64,000 nucleotides of DNA from Octopus vulgaris (lineage: Eukaryota): positions 14,384,001-14,448,000 of the forward strand of contig OX597815.1 of assembly GCA_951406725.2 (NCBI GenBank). Reading direction: 5' to 3'. The notes under the pieces were generated by a model that made no database searches, had not been told where the DNA came from, and saw only the letters and a list, made by a program, of their open reading frames with translations. Positions 43,453-56,101 of the stretch are shown piece by piece (position 1 is the first letter of the stretch; the number at the start of each line of letters is the position of its first letter). Made by a program: the position numbers and the translations under genes.

Positions 43453-43496
43453 ATCTGCAGACATGCTTCATGGTATTTGCCCTTTATCAATGCAAA
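43453..43496 (-). ncRNA. Second, degenerate copy of the U3:A8 hammerhead motif
   Basis: Minus strand TTTGCA-TTGATAA-AGGGCAAATACCAT-GAAG-CATG-TC-TGCAGAT. Confidence 0.55.
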
Positions 43497-43731
43497 GTAA
43501 CCAAACCCAGCAGGCGTCGCTGCTGACCGTCTGTTCGAAGGATTATTTACCTAATTTCAGTGGAATACATCCACTGGTTTTCAAAAATAGAAATATTAAA
43601 GTTTTTAAGTCTCTCTTTTAAGGCAGCGGTACTGGAAATTAACAGTTATCGCCAAGCTAATATGGCAATCCGAAATTAGGTAAATAATCCTTCGACAGAC
43701 GGTCAGCAGCGACGCCTGCTGGGTTTGGCTA

Positions 43732-43776
43732 ATCTGCATTGATAAAGGGCAAATACTCTGAAACGTGTCTGCAGAT
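43732..43776 (+). ncRNA. Type-I hammerhead ribozyme motif, U3:A8 variant
   Basis: ATCTGCA-TTGATAA-AGGG-CAAATA-CTCT-GAAA-CGTG-TC-TGCAGAT; 7-bp stem I, GUC site. Confidence 0.75.
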
Positions 43777-46411
43777 GCCTGACCAACAAGGGGAAGCGGC
43801 TGACCTCCTCCCCTGTTCGAAGGTTATAATGGACACAGGTTCGTGTATCATATAGCTAGATAGAGGCGATGGCCTCTTGGAGCTAACCAACGGCAGCTTT
43901 AGTCGTATATTTATGGACTGCCATATTAGCTAGGCGATAACTATTAATATCCAGTACCGCTGCCGTAGTCTCCCTTAGAGAGACTTGGAAATTTTAATAT
44001 TTCTATTTTATATATTCATTACGTTTAATACATTCTCTATAACTTACTTGATAACCACTTTTCATACAGATGACGCTTCGCGTAATTAATCTCAAAGATT
44101 TATTCTTTTTAGTATGCTACGTGTTACGCCTACGCATGTAGAATGCCATAAATATACATGATACTTATCTCACCATTACTTCGGCAAATATAATTATGTC
44201 TATGATTTGCCAAAAATGTTTAATAAGACTGAAACATAACCGAAGTTGTTTTCTGTGCTTACCAAACTATAACTTTTTTTTTTTACTTATAACTTACTTA
44301 TAACTTACTGTTTAAAAGTATTAATCTAACATCTCACAATATTCTTTCATAATTTTCATTTTCTGTGCATGCTATACGCTTTTTAAGTTCATTATATCCT
44401 CATTTCAATTAAGTTTTAGGTTAATTTAATATGGTTTCACTGTACAGATAAAGAGAGCAACTTCGTATGTCACAGTTACTTGAGATGTTTTGTTTTGTTT
44501 TTGTATGTTACTTAATGCATTTGAAACTCCTCTACGTGATACACATGTAGTTCCGAGTGGTGCTATATTCTGGAGGTGTGTACATGTGTAAATCATGACA
44601 TTTATTTATATATTTTCTACATATTTTTTAATAAATCCCAAGAAACAACCCCTAGGATTTGCCTTTGTTTAGATCCCTCAGGTCCTAATTATCTCTCTTC
44701 ACAGATTATCAACATTTACGTTTGTTTTTTTGTTTTTTTAAGTCCATTGAACCTCTTGAAGGAAATGTTATAGTAGAAGACCGAGAAGTCTGTAATCATC
44801 TTTTGAAAATATTGATTCAATAAAACGGAATGAAGAACTTACAGATTCAATAACCCCACCCCTCCACCCCCTCCCTTGATACAATTGCAAGTCTTTGCGG
44901 CGATGTCGAATGGATATAAATGCTGAGGAAAAGCAAAATTATGATATTCACCAAAATAACATAGTGAATCTAACTGAAATAAATAACAGGGAAGACGCTC
45001 GAAAAATTGCATCCGTTTAAACATTTTGGAAAAGGCGAAAAAGGAATGTCAAATCACAGGAAGAAGTAAAATGCTGAATTGCGGCAGTTTCTGTAATTTT
45101 AGCAAAATGAAACACAGTTTGGGAATATATATAATTGACAAAGTTGTTGGAACATTGGATAGAAGCGTTGCAGTATTTTTCTCTGTTTTCTGCGCTTTGA
45201 GTTCAAACTCCGTCGAGGTCAATTTTATCTTTCATCGTTTCGGAGTCGATAAAAAAATACGAATCCGTGGCAGGTGATCGTAGGAAATGTTTCTCTTTCG
45301 GTCCTTTTGCACTCTAATACCAACGTCTGCAACATATTTGATGCCAGGCTTTGTCAGCAGAGGTCAGCAACCATTAATTTGGGTACAACTGATGGGTGGT
45401 GGCTAATCACATTAGCGTTGCAGCATAATCTGTAAACAAAATCATTCTGCCACGAAATCTGCCGTTAATTTTCGTAATCCGTTTCATTATATGATTTTTT
45501 TTCAAAATGCCCGGTGAGAAGAGATGTGACCTTTTGTCCTTTTATGGCATCTCATGGAAAGGCTCTAGGGCCTGACTCCTTTGGTGGAGTCTGAGATGAA
45601 GACATTAACTATGTATCTTTTTATGGTGTCTGATGGAATATTTGAGCCAAGATCTGCAATTCTTCAAACTCAGTCTTTCATTCTGCGATACCTGTGCATT
45701 CCAGAGCATCTTTTGCATATCAACTTCCGCCCGTCTCTTATCAAATATTGACCATGTGAGGCTTTTACATGTTAACTTCCAATCATGACATATAATATAT
45801 AGTTTTAAGGGGTTTTTTTTTTTCATAATTTCTGTTGTTCTTTCTTTTCCCTTCTCACAAATGTCTGTCGGCTTCCTATTCATTTATCATTTTATTCGTT
45901 GTTATAGATGTTGTTGCCGCTGTTGTTGCTTCACGGAATCATTCAGAAAATCCTCAGATAAAACTTTTCGTTCACTCGACAGACAGGCCAGGAATATAAA
46001 GTTATTCCTGACAAGAAAAAAAGTAGACACAGACGTGTCAAATAGAGACAGAAGTGTCAGAATATGAAAGACGTATAAAAGGAAATAAAGGTTACAGGAT
46101 TTAAATCTTTCATAGCAATAAAAAGAATTGTATGGAAGAGAGGGAAATAGAAAGCAAAAGAGAGAGACAGGCAGAGAGAGATAAAAAAAAAGAAAGACAG
46201 ACAGAAAGAAAGAGATCAAAGAATAATAATATTCTGTCTATAAAAACAAACAAAGATGCTATAGTAAACGTAGGAGAATAGATAGAATTGATTATGGAGA
46301 AATCATAATGAATAGAAAATGAATGGAATGGTATATAAAGGAAATTTGGTGGAATCTAAATAAATATAGTAAAGAACGCAGAGAAACAAAAGATTAAAAA
46401 GCACAAGTATA

Positions 46412-47265
46412 TTAATGTTTAATGACAAATTTGACTTCGTGGGACTTAGGATTTCTATCCATTCTTCAATAACATGGTACTGCAGTAACTTACCTATAAC
46501 GTAATTTATATTCCAGCGAAATGTGATCCATCAATAAGGTGTAAGGGAATATTGAAGAAAGAAGAGCATGGAAGGAATTGGAAAAGTTGAATGTGACGGG
46601 AAACTTTCGCAGGTCGTGCACGGAAATTAGAGAAATATTCCTTCATTTGATGTGTAGCTATAAAATACTGTAAGAGGATGTTTAAAAACGTATTTATACT
46701 TACATGGCCTTTATGACTTTGAAAAACGTGACTCAAAAAGAAATGACTAAGCAAAGATTCCGTGTAGTATAAACTAAAGAAGACAGATGGATCATACTGC
46801 CACAATACTAGGTATAATATTAATTAATAATTAACTATAGCCGATGTGAATTGAAAGCTTCAGCACTCACAATGAACAATTCCAGGTCATTATGGAAATT
46901 AAAATACCAACAAATGCTTGCCTTTTAAAGGTGTCGAATAAAGGTAAGAATACAGCACGAAGCTTGTGCTAATAGTCATTGATTATTTAAGAGACAAAAG
47001 GGTTGCAGCTGAAAATCAAATGGTTATGTTAATTAAAGAACATTAGGTGATTGAGTATACATGCGTACTGTTGTAAACAATAAAGGAAGAATGTACACAA
47101 TACTAGGGACCGAAATATCATTCTTCACCTAATGTGGTTACAATATCGGCCACTGCATGCCCACCAGCTGATAGGTTAATGTTTAATGACAAATTTGACT
47201 TCGTGGGACTTAGGATTTCTATCCATTCTTCAATAACATGGTACTGCAGTAACTTACCTATAACG
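46412..47265. repeat. 90-bp exact direct repeat (46412-46501 and 47176-47265)
   Basis: Identical by eye; contains AG|GTAAGT on the minus strand. Confidence 0.9.
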
Positions 47266-47682
47266 ATTTTATTTCCTGCGAATAGGCTGTAAAGGAGTTC
47301 TCTGAAATGTGCTATCCTTCTCTTCGGAATAATTTCAATATCACTGATCAAGGTGGATCAATCTTCGTAACGAAAGGGAGTAGCACCAAATATGCTTTCA
47401 CAAGCTGACATTGTTTTGATATCTTTTTGTTAAAGGTTAATGAATATTTTCTTCTGCAATTTTGATTTAAGCTAGGTGTCTACGAACTCGATAAGAAGAC
47501 ACATATTGAAGAACACTCGATACTGTAAAATATTTTCCTGCCTTTAATACATGATTTTAATATTTCCGTTAAAATTCAGAACATTTACTACTACTACTAC
47601 TACAACTGCTACTACTACTACCACTACTACTACTAGCACTACCACCACCACGGCCATTTTGCACACACACACACAAATACAT

Positions 47683-47770
<88 letters not shown>

Positions 47771-47854
47771 GAGTAAATACATAAATGTGAAACAAGGTGG
47801 AAAAAAGAGTACTGAAATACCAGAGTCTTGACCGAATTGTCATCTCGGTTCTAT

Positions 47855-47913
47855 TTTAACAAAACTGTCCGACGAACGGGAACGTGAAACTCCGAGTAAC
47901 AGCTTTTGTTAAA
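47855..47913 (+). ncRNA. Type-I hammerhead motif with extended stem I
   Basis: TTTAACAAAA-CTGT-CCGACGA-ACG-GGAA-CGT-GAAA-CTCCGAG-TA-ACAG-C-TTTTGTTAAA; GNRA loop II, 14-bp stem I with one bulge, U4 is C. Confidence 0.75.
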
Positions 47914-47944
47914 TTTCTGCTACTTTTAAATAAAGTATATATAT

Positions 47945-47993
<49 letters not shown>

Positions 47994-48270
47994 GATATGT
48001 GAGTACATATGTATGTTTATATGTATGTATAAGTCGATGGAGTTCCAACATTGTCTGCATTTTTGCGTTTATTTTTTGTATTTTTCCTAATTTTAGAATA
48101 TTACATATGATCAGGCATGTACTTTCATACTTTGCACCATCTTCAGGTTTATATAGTAGCGGTATTAACTGACAGTCATATTTCACAATTAATAACTAGT
48201 GGGACGCTGGGGTTTGTCCTTTAAATACATTCCAGTAGGCTCCAGCATGCTGTATCTCACGATCTATCTT

Positions 48271-48535
48271 TTAACCAATCAGCGTGCAGATTAGACGTCA
48301 CGGTTTGGTGAAAGCGCCAGCGTAATTGATATTGACAGCGTCTTATTCATAAAAGATTTTAGCAAATCAGCGTGCGGCTTAGACGTCACGGCCTGGTGAG
48401 CGCTAAACACAGCTGGCATTGACAGCATTTGTTTTATAAAAGTTCTTTAACCACGTAGCGTGCGGCTTTGCCGTCTCGGCCCGAGGAGCGCGCCAGCACA
48501 GTTCACATCGACAGCGCTTTTCATGAAGGCATTTT
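48271..48535. repeat. Three diverged 88-bp tandem units
   Basis: Units start at 48271, 48359 and 48447; each has AGCGTGC...GTC.CGG...GACAGC. Confidence 0.8.
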
Positions 48536-48655
48536 AGTCAGAGTCATCTGTTAAGGATTCAGCTATGTTCAGACATTGAAGAACACTCGATACTGTAAAC
48601 AATATTCCTACCTTTAATAAATGAATTTAATATTTCCGTTAAAATTCTGAACATT

Positions 48656-48721
<66 letters not shown>

Positions 48722-49639
48722 CACCACCACCACCACCACCACGGCCACTTTGCACGCATACACATACATATATATATATATATACATACATACATAAATA
48801 AATACATACATACATACATACATACATACATACAAATATACATATACTTACATACACGCATATACGTGAGGGTGTATGTGCATGTGTATGAGGCTGTGTG
48901 CATTTTGAATAAGTATGAATATGTTAACTGTGTACACCTGCGTATGTGCATACGTATATACGCATGTGTGCGCATATTCGTGCGTTGATATATCCGTATG
49001 TATATAAATGTGGGCGTGTGCTATAGTGTTTATGTATTTGCGTGTATGTGTGTATGTGTATGTGTATATATGTTTGTCTATGAGAATGATAAGTAGGATT
49101 GTAAACATGGATATGCATATTACTAAAGAACCGTATATGCATTTACGGTTCCATGGTTTTATGTTTTTATGTTTCTATGTTCCCATGTTTCCATACGCTT
49201 CGATCGATATTTGTGATCATACAACCATTATACAACAATTATTATACAAATCTTATACGTGTGATATTTATATATTTATGTATTTTTGAAGCTCTCAAAT
49301 TTTTATACAATTTTTAATCAATGTCTAAACAATTGTTGAATTCTTTTTCTTGTTTTTTTTTCGCTTTTGTATATCTATAAATATTTTATGTTTATGCGTT
49401 ACACATTTATATACTGATTAAACACTCAACCAGTTTTATGTTCATATATTTATGTATTTGCTGTAACCGTGTATTTACATATTTGAAATTTACACATTCA
49501 TGTATTTAAAATGCATGTATATCGGTTATTCGTGCACTGGTGCACACATTTACATCCGAGTACATAAGGGATTGCGACTGTATATATTACAGCCTATGTG
49601 TGTAAATATGTGCATCAACGTGGAAATATGTATATTCTC

Positions 49640-49848
49640 TTTTTCTCTTTCTCTTTTACTTGTTTCAGTCATTTGACTGCGGCCATGCTGGAGCACCGCC
49701 TTTAGTCGAGCAAATCGACCCCGGGACTTATTCTTTGTAAGCCCAGTACTTATTCTGTCGGTCTCTTTTTGCCGAACCGCTAAGTGACGGGGACGTAAAC
49801 ACATCAGCATCGGTTGTCAAGCAATGCTAGGGGGACAAACACACACAC

Positions 49849-49881
<33 letters not shown>

Positions 49882-50045
49882 CGACAGGCTTCTTTCAGTT
49901 TCCGTCTACCAAATCCACTCACAAGGCATTGGTCGGCCCGGGGCTATAGCAGAAGACACTTGCCCAAGATGCCACGCAGTGGGACTGAACCCGGAACCAT
50001 GTGGTTGGTTAGCAAGCTACTTACCACACAGCCAATCCTGCGCTT
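49640..50045 (-). mobile_element. CORE-like SINE (family B), full length
   Basis: tRNA-like head, TTGGGCAAGTGTCTT core, internal (TG)n, LINE-like tail; nearly identical to 63105-63527. Confidence 0.93.
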
Positions 50046-50329
50046 ATATGTATATTTTTTATGTATGTTTCATTTAGTTGTAAATAAGCGTGAATATGCG
50101 ACTACATATGTGCGTGCACATGCGTGGGGACACATATGTAGTTGCACATTCACGAGTATGAGTGTGGGGGGTTTCTGCATGCATATCTACACGTGTATAT
50201 CTCTTTATAGATATGCATATATGAAGGCATATTGTATTTTATATATATATACCAACATATATATATATATGTGTGCATGCGCGCGCGCGCGTGTGTGTGT
50301 GTATGTGTGTGATAATTAGTTCGTTGTCA

Positions 50330-50392
50330 TAATAAAACTCAGAGTTTCGGATGCCGGTGCTGAAGTTTGCTCCGGCATCTCATCAGTTATTA
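50330..50392 (-). ncRNA. Type-I hammerhead motif with intact CUGAUGA core
   Basis: Minus strand TAATAA-CTGATGA-GATGCCGG-(14 nt)-CCGGCATC-C-GAAA-CTCTGAG-TT-TTATTA; 6-bp stem I, 8-bp stem II. Confidence 0.8.
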
Positions 50393-50449
50393 AGACAAAC
50401 GCTATAGCGTTTGTCTTAATAACTGATGAGATGCTGGAGAGACTTCAGC
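50359..50449. repeat. Spacer-less palindrome (perfect 60 bp at 50375-50434)
   Basis: Centre GCTA|TAGC at 50404/50405; duplicates the 5' half of the hammerhead on the plus strand. Confidence 0.92.
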
Positions 50450-51328
50450 CCCGACTTCTCTTAATAAAAATGGTTTGTAAGAGTAAAGATGGAAGAGGTA
50501 AAAAATTTGGGAGTGAGCAATTATCTTAAGAATAGGGAGAAAAAGAAGGGGGAATTTAGGTTAGATTGTCGCTGACTTTAGAGGAAAATCGTTGTGAATA
50601 TTAAACAGGGGTGCATATGCATGTATATTCAGTTATAATTTTTTATTCGAGTAGACACCAAGCAGTATGCTGTTTACAGTCCGTCTACAGTATTCGGCTA
50701 CATGATGTCAACAGTAGTATGGAGGTATATGCCACTAGATTTACTTGAAGAATTCCGTTGCGTCCGTAAAGTCTATATATAAAGATAAGAGACAAAAAGT
50801 GGAATTTTCGAGACTCTGTATTCACAGCGACTATGAGCTTCTCGACTCATCCTGCATCCGTACCTTACAGGTGAGACGCTGAACTATCAATTTTTATGCA
50901 GTATAGATGCAGATGCGTCTCCTCTAGTAACTTTTCAAAAACTACCTCGATTTTCATTTACCGTTTCGCTTATTTCTATAACAATACGTTTTAGCTAGTG
51001 TTAGCATTCCATCCGTCTCTTTAATGAACTGAGATGAAATGAAAGAATGTCTCTCACATAAGCAATAAACCCATAAAAAGTATCTAACAAAGTATAAAAG
51101 GATAAAAGAATAAGGAATCAAAACATGAAATGAATGAACATAAGATGGAATATACCAATAAGACGCTGTCAAAGAAAAACATAAAATATACATGAGATCA
51201 GAAAAGAACAAAAAAAAACAACTATCGGACATTTCTATAGACCTGTGCATTTCATTAAATAAATAAGTTAGCATACATATGTGTGCGTGTGTGTATTATA
51301 AACATACATGCGCACACGCACACATATA

Positions 51329-51364
<36 letters not shown>

Positions 51365-51399
51365 TGTATATATATATAGACATATGTTCATACGTATAT

Positions 51400-51432
<33 letters not shown>

Positions 51433-51465
51433 GTCGTGGAGCTACATACATACATACATAACCGC

Positions 51466-51537
<72 letters not shown>

Positions 51538-51576
51538 TAGATAGATAGATATATATATATAGATAGAGAGATAGAG

Positions 51577-51650
<74 letters not shown>

Positions 51651-51747
51651 TAAATCCCAAAAATAAAAACACACATGAAGAAACAACAACGGGAGGACGA
51701 GGTACATGTAATATATCAGCAGACGCTCAGGAAAGGAAAGAAAGATG

Positions 51748-51782
51748 GTTTAACGTTTCGAGCAAAGTTCTTCTTCACAAAA
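51748..51782 (-). ncRNA. Degenerate family P hammerhead-like motif
   Basis: Minus strand TTTT-GTGAAGA-A-GAAC-TTT-GCTC-GAAA-CG-TT-AAAC; flanks homologous to the 23560 and 32797 copies. Confidence 0.45.
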
Positions 51783-52139
51783 AGAGGTAAGTCCAAAAGA
51801 AAGGAAGACGGAGGAAGAAAATCGCCAAAGATTCACATGTGGTTACATGACCGGAAGGGATGGGTGAAGAAAAAGTTCTTTCGAAGACAGGGGAGTGTAA
51901 GAGAAGGAGGTATGTGTGTGAATGTGTGGGTATGTGCCTGCACGTAGGTCTGTGTGTGTGTGCAATAATAACACGTGTGTTTGCGTATGTGTATGTATGT
52001 GTTGTGTGTGTGTGAGTGTGTGTGTGAGGTTTTGGTTGTTTATATGTGTACGTGTGAGTGAACATTTTGTCACTTAATGTCATAGGAAGAATTTATAGGA
52101 GTGGCTGTCTTTTGTGTAGTGTGTCCCTTCGACTGGTAG

Positions 52140-53265
52140 TTAGAAGTATGTGTGTGCGTGTATGTATAAGCTGAGTGTGTGTGTGTTTTGTGTGTAGCGT
52201 ATGTATGTGTATGTATGTCTGAGTGTGTGTATGTGTGTGTGCGTAGGGTTGTGTGAGGTTGTGTCTGTGGAGTAAATATGCGTTACTCTGTGTGTGTGCG
52301 TGCGTGTGAGTGCGTATATGTGCGCATGTGTGTATGTCCACTCTGTGTGTGTGCGTGCGTGTGAGTGCGTATATGTGCGCATGTGGGGTATTTATATGTG
52401 TATATGGGGGGGTGTATATGTGTATATGCGTAGAGTTGTGTGTGTTAGGTATATGTGCATTCTTATGTGTGTGTGCGTGTGTGTGTATGTATGTGTGTGC
52501 GTGTGTATGTGTGTAGGTGTATGTATGTGTGTATGTGCGTTTGAGTATGCATGTCTGCGTAGGGTTTTGTGAGGTTGTGTTGGGTTGTGTGTGGGGGGTA
52601 TATGTGCATTCCTGTGTGTGTGCATGAGTGTGTATACGTCCGTGTATGCGTGTATGTGCGTGTGTGTATATGCCCATGTGTGTGTAATTGCGTGCGTGTC
52701 TGAATGAGTGTGTGTTGTGTGTGGGAGGCATGTGTGCGTAAATGTGCATGTGTATGTATGTATGTTTATGTGAGTGTGTATATGTCTGTGTGCGTGTGTG
52801 TGTATGTACGTGTGTATATGCGTGTGCCTATGTGTGTATGTGCATGTGTACATATGTGCGTGTATGTATGTGCGTGTGTGTATATGTATGTGCGTGCGTG
52901 TGTATATGTATGTGTGAACGTGGAGATGTGTGTCGAGTTATGTGTGCGTTTTGTTGCGTGTATGCGCGTGTATCTGTGCATGTGCGTATATGTGTGTGGT
53001 TGCGTGTACGTGTGTACTTTATGTGTGCGTGTGTGTGACGTTGTGTGCGTTAGGTATGTGTGCATTCCTGTGCGTGTGTATGTGTGTGTATATGTGTGTG
53101 CGTTTGTGTACATGTGTGTGTGAGCGCGCATGTATGTGTGTGCTGTGTGTGTGCGTGTTGTGTGGGGGGAGGTAAATGTGAGGTATATGTGCATTGATGT
53201 ATGTGCGCGTGGGTGTATGTGGGTGTGTATGTATGTATGCACGTGTGTGTGTGTGCATGTGTATG
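52140..53265. repeat. Degenerate (TG)n-rich low-complexity array
   Basis: Visible TG/TA/CG alternation with recurring sub-blocks. Confidence 0.9.
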
Positions 53266-53522
53266 TATTATCCAAACCTCTAAGAATTCCTTTCAACACA
53301 CGACTATGATGTTCCCCGACTACTTCTGCTCATGATCAGAGATGCACATATCGTCAGCCACTAACGGACATGGTCAAACAACTGACAAGCAAATCTGTGT
53401 ATTGAGCAGAATATTTGCTGTAGCCCATCTTTTATACCAAGACAAAGCAATGTACATGATGGCACTTCCAATCAGTAAAGATCAGAAGCCATGAGAGCCA
53501 CTGCCTGGTACTGCATCAGGAC

Positions 53523-53603
<81 letters not shown>

Positions 53604-54708
53604 CTCTTTCTCACAAGTTTTGTCGAGCTCCTGCAGTCTTGCATGTGTAGCGGGCTTACTACCTGCAGCCTACAGTACCATGCTATTCATTCTCTACAGC
53701 TATCTAATACTTTCCTGATTATTCTGGCCGTACCAAGGAGGCAAACCTTTTGTAACTGTTCTACTGGGCACTCTATTCCAATTTCCTTTATATTGCTCTT
53801 GATACCTTCTGATACTGTTTCCGAGGACCCAACAATAATTGGCACTATATTCACCTTCTTCATTTTCCATAGGCAAGCTATTTCGTACTTATGAGAATTG
53901 TATATTTTTTCGCCTTCCTTCTTGACTATTCGTGGGTCAAAAGAGTATGGAACGTCAACTATATAGCATATGTGGTGCACCTTATCCACCATCACTATGT
54001 CCGGTCTGTTATGCTCTAGTAGCTGATCTGTTTGGATTGGGAAATCCCAGAGGATTCTGCTCGTCTACGACTCTGCCACTCGTTGTGGTCTGTGTTCATA
54101 CCACGCCTTGTCTCTCTCTCTAGCTCCCACTTCTTGCAGTTTCCAATGTATCACTTTCGCTATCTTGGAGTGTCGCCACAACTTATAGTGGCTTTGGGCA
54201 ATTCTAGGGTATTTGTTCGTGATATGGACAATGGTTTCATCCACTTTATTGCAGATACGATACAGCAGAGATATCTGCTCATTCCTAAAGTTGACCCTCC
54301 AGTTCATGGCCAAAGCTTGGTCCTGCGCTGCCATTATAGTGCTTTCGGTCTCTTTTTTTAGGGTTCCTTTCTTCAGCCAATCTCAACTATTTTTACCAGC
54401 AACTTCTGTTGTGGCTACATGGAATTGATTGTGTAGTCCCTTCTTTCCTAATTCTTCATGTCCTTTTTATACTTCTTACTTTGTTTTCCCTTTTTTTCTG
54501 CTCTCAATATTCCCTCGTTCCTAACTGTCACTAGCAAGGTTTCCTTTCTTTGGACTAGGTCTATCATTAAGCTTTCGACTTTCATACGCACGTAGTCATC
54601 CACACTTATCAGTCCCCTTCCTCTATTTACTCTCTTCATGTGTAGGCAATCAGTATTTCACGTGGATGATGTGTTCCATGCATCATTAGGAGCTTTCTTG
54701 ACTTCTTA
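53604..54708 (-). mobile_element. Dong/R4-like LINE 3' part inserted in (TAA)n
   Basis: Peptides RGRGLISV, KETE..MAAQDQAL, RH.KIAKVIHW, WYEHRP, FDPRIVKKEGEKI, LQKVCLLGTARIIRKVL; 3' end abuts (TAA)n at 53526-53603. Confidence 0.88.
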
Positions 54709-54764
54709 TTACTATTATTAGTGCGCACACGCGTGTGTGTTTGTAATGGATAAAGTTCCTTCCC

Positions 54765-54960
54765 GAATCATATAGACGCATGATGCTAGTTTCCTTGTTT
54801 CTGTAACATACAAATTCCCACCTGGATGGGGTGGAGGATTTCTGACTTTAGCCTACTGGTGAATGGTGAAACATGAAATAAAGTATGTTGTCCAATAATC
54901 GAAACCACAATCTTACGATTCTGAGTCCAACACCCTAACCACTAAACCACGCACCTCCTC
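54765..54960 (-). mobile_element. Diverged family D SINE
   Basis: Minus-strand head GGAGGTGCGTGGTTTAGTGGTTAGGGTGTTGG. Confidence 0.55.
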
Positions 54961-55820
54961 TTGAGTATGTGTGTGGTGGGGAGAGAGAAATATAAATATA
55001 TTCATTCATACAGTATGATTACCGAATTCAGTGATTTAAACCTCCGTGGAAGTTTCTTTAACTCTCTTCGACGTCAGAACCATATAGAACACGAAGTTTA
55101 TCTGAAAGAAATGTGTGTTATTTCACATATTGGTATTTCAAAAAAAATATATCACAGATACACCAACACAATGCGAACATTAAAAAGTCCAGTATTATCG
55201 AAGTATATAAGTTTAAACCACATATAGGCCTTTGTGTCCAATGAAAGATTGTTGATACACCATAACTTCTCAGCTGCATGGAAAATATATATCAGTGGCT
55301 TCTGTTGCACAGCAGGCTAATAGATGTATGTTATAACCATAGACATAGAGCGCATACGCACCTACAAACAAGCACACAAACACATATATCTTTATATACG
55401 CTTATAGATATATAGGGGCGGATACATACATACGTATGCATACACTTCCATCGCGTATACGTTTATGAACGTACGTGTCTGTGAGGGGGTGTATTGTGGT
55501 TCTTTATAATTCTGTAACATGGCTTCATGCTGGTACTCAGAGCAGTGTATATATGTGTGTATGTATATATGTGTGTGCGTTTGTTATATCATATACATCA
55601 TATTATCTATATTCTATACTTAAATGTATATAGTTATATGTATATATGAGTATGCATATATTATATATGTGTTATGTATATATGTATATATATATATATA
55701 CATATACATACATATCTCCTACTATATGTATATATATATATACACACACATTCATATATATATAGCTATATATTCATACAGATATATATATGTAAATATA
55801 AATGTGTGTATATATGTGTG

Positions 55821-55858
<38 letters not shown>

Positions 55859-56022
55859 CATGTATGTATGTATATATACATACATATATACATACATTTA
55901 TAAGTATATGACTATATGTCTATATGCGTATATACATATATATACATGCACACATATATATATATATGTATACATGTGTGTGTGTGTGTGTGTGTACGTA
56001 TCTGTGTGTATGTATGTATATA

Positions 56023-56101
<79 letters not shown>

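Larger units (their letters stand above)
43284..44009. mobile_element. 354-bp HHR-containing monomer: tandem junction plus inverted copy (retrozyme/pLTR-like)
   Basis: ATTAACAGTTAT(T/C)GCCAAGCTAATATGGCA at 43284 and 43638; 43672-44009 is the reverse complement of the unit. Confidence 0.8.
47505..48755. repeat. Direct repeats of about 160-180 bp, 1070 bp apart
   Basis: ATTGAAGAACACTCGATACTGTAAA...(ACT)n(ACC)n-ACGGCCA at 47505 and 48575. Confidence 0.85.

Noticed and set aside
48113-48150. Minus-strand CTGAAGA...GAAAGTAC pattern
   Set aside because: No UH site or stem I pairing; at most a very decayed HHR.
48271-48535. CRISPR-like periodic repeats (also the 23-mers near 60218-60300)
   Set aside because: Whole units are homologous with no unique spacers; eukaryotic context and no cas genes.
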